Assembly: GCA_016235455.1 (NCBI GenBank)
Contig: JACRKZ010000070.1
Span: 1 to 54,745, forward strand
From: Armatimonadota bacterium
GTDB taxonomy: Bacteria > Armatimonadota > UBA10988
Reading direction: 5' to 3'
DNA length: 54,745 bases
Numbering within the stretch: the first letter of the stretch is position 1; each line of letters opens with the position of its first letter. Below are positions 54,297 through 54,745 of the stretch, piece after piece. The translations under genes and the position numbers were made by a program. The notes below the pieces were generated by a model that searched no databases, was not told where the DNA came from, and was given only the letters and a program-made list of their open reading frames with translations.

Positions 54297-54636
54297 GCAC
54301 TATCGCCTGGAAACGTAAACAGTTCGTCACGTGCGACCCGCGGATTCGGGGCAGGCTTGACTCCGGCCGCGGCAGCAGCCATGCTCTACCCGCCCCTGGT
54401 GCAGGCCGTATCGCATTGGGCGCTAACCGAGCCCTGGGACGTAGGGAACCTTTGCGGCCCGCCAGCGTCTGGTTTATCGAACCCGCAGAGCGGGTAAGAC
54501 CGAATCGGTGTGAACCGCGCTGGCCATTGGGACCGCCGAGCTGTTCTGGACCTGCGGGAGCCGCCGAGGCGCGGTCGGCTGCCGACGCCCGATTTGGGTT
54601 CGAGGCATAGCAACCTTGAGCATGTGGGAGAGACAA

Positions 54637-54745
54637 ATGCGAACCAAGACGCGAAGCGCGTTCACGCTGATCGAGTTGCTGGTTGTCATCGCGATCATCG
54701 CTATCCTGGCGGCGATCCTGTTCCCGGTCTTCGCCAAGGCCCGTG
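54637..54745 (+). CDS. Prepilin-type N-terminal cleavage/methylation domain protein (DUF1559-like), runs off the window
   Basis: MRTKTRSAFTLIELLVVIAIIAILAAILFPVFAKAR; GGGAG RBS. Confidence 0.92.
   Translation, partial: MRTKTRSAFTLIELLVVIAIIAILAAILFPVFAKAR

Noticed and set aside
54420-54560. Assignment of the leader to c-di-AMP, cobalamin, glycine or c-di-GMP riboswitch families
   Set aside because: Only short fragments match; key conserved elements such as CAGCTAAC, the B12 box, CTCTCAGG or GCAAA are missing.

Overview
High-GC bacterial chromosomal window, most likely Armatimonadota. This is inferred from the AFTLIELLVVIAIIAILAAILFPVFAKAR prepilin-paralog start together with SigH and Firmicutes-style flagellar genes. 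Left to right: a Cache-type chemoreceptor; an FAD oxidoreductase, a serine hydrolase and a secreted GH127; two DUF4405-like membrane genes (one apparently damaged); a prsA-mazG-yabO-ppdK-eno-divIC block with a GAF-GAF-GGDEF cyclase upstream; a lipid kinase, an SMR pair and a lactonase; a ferredoxin-headed complete F1Fo operon; a large secreted protein, an archaemetzincin-like lipoprotein and a Tat oxidoreductase; a partial flagellar operon (fliJ to flhB); a deleted and frameshifted prmA; sigH; and a cheA-W-X-Y-R-D-B operon. The most unusual part is the motility locus. It has a 1030-aa lytic transglycosylase-FliK fusion, an M14 carboxypeptidase translationally coupled inside the flagellar operon, a degenerate MotA with no adjacent motB, two FliN-like genes without fliM, structured RNA leaders before flgE and fliO, and a CheA carrying an MshEN-like (c-di-GMP-binding-type) module. 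I saw no tRNA, rRNA, CRISPR array or mobile element. All family calls come from motif recognition by eye; no searches were run.
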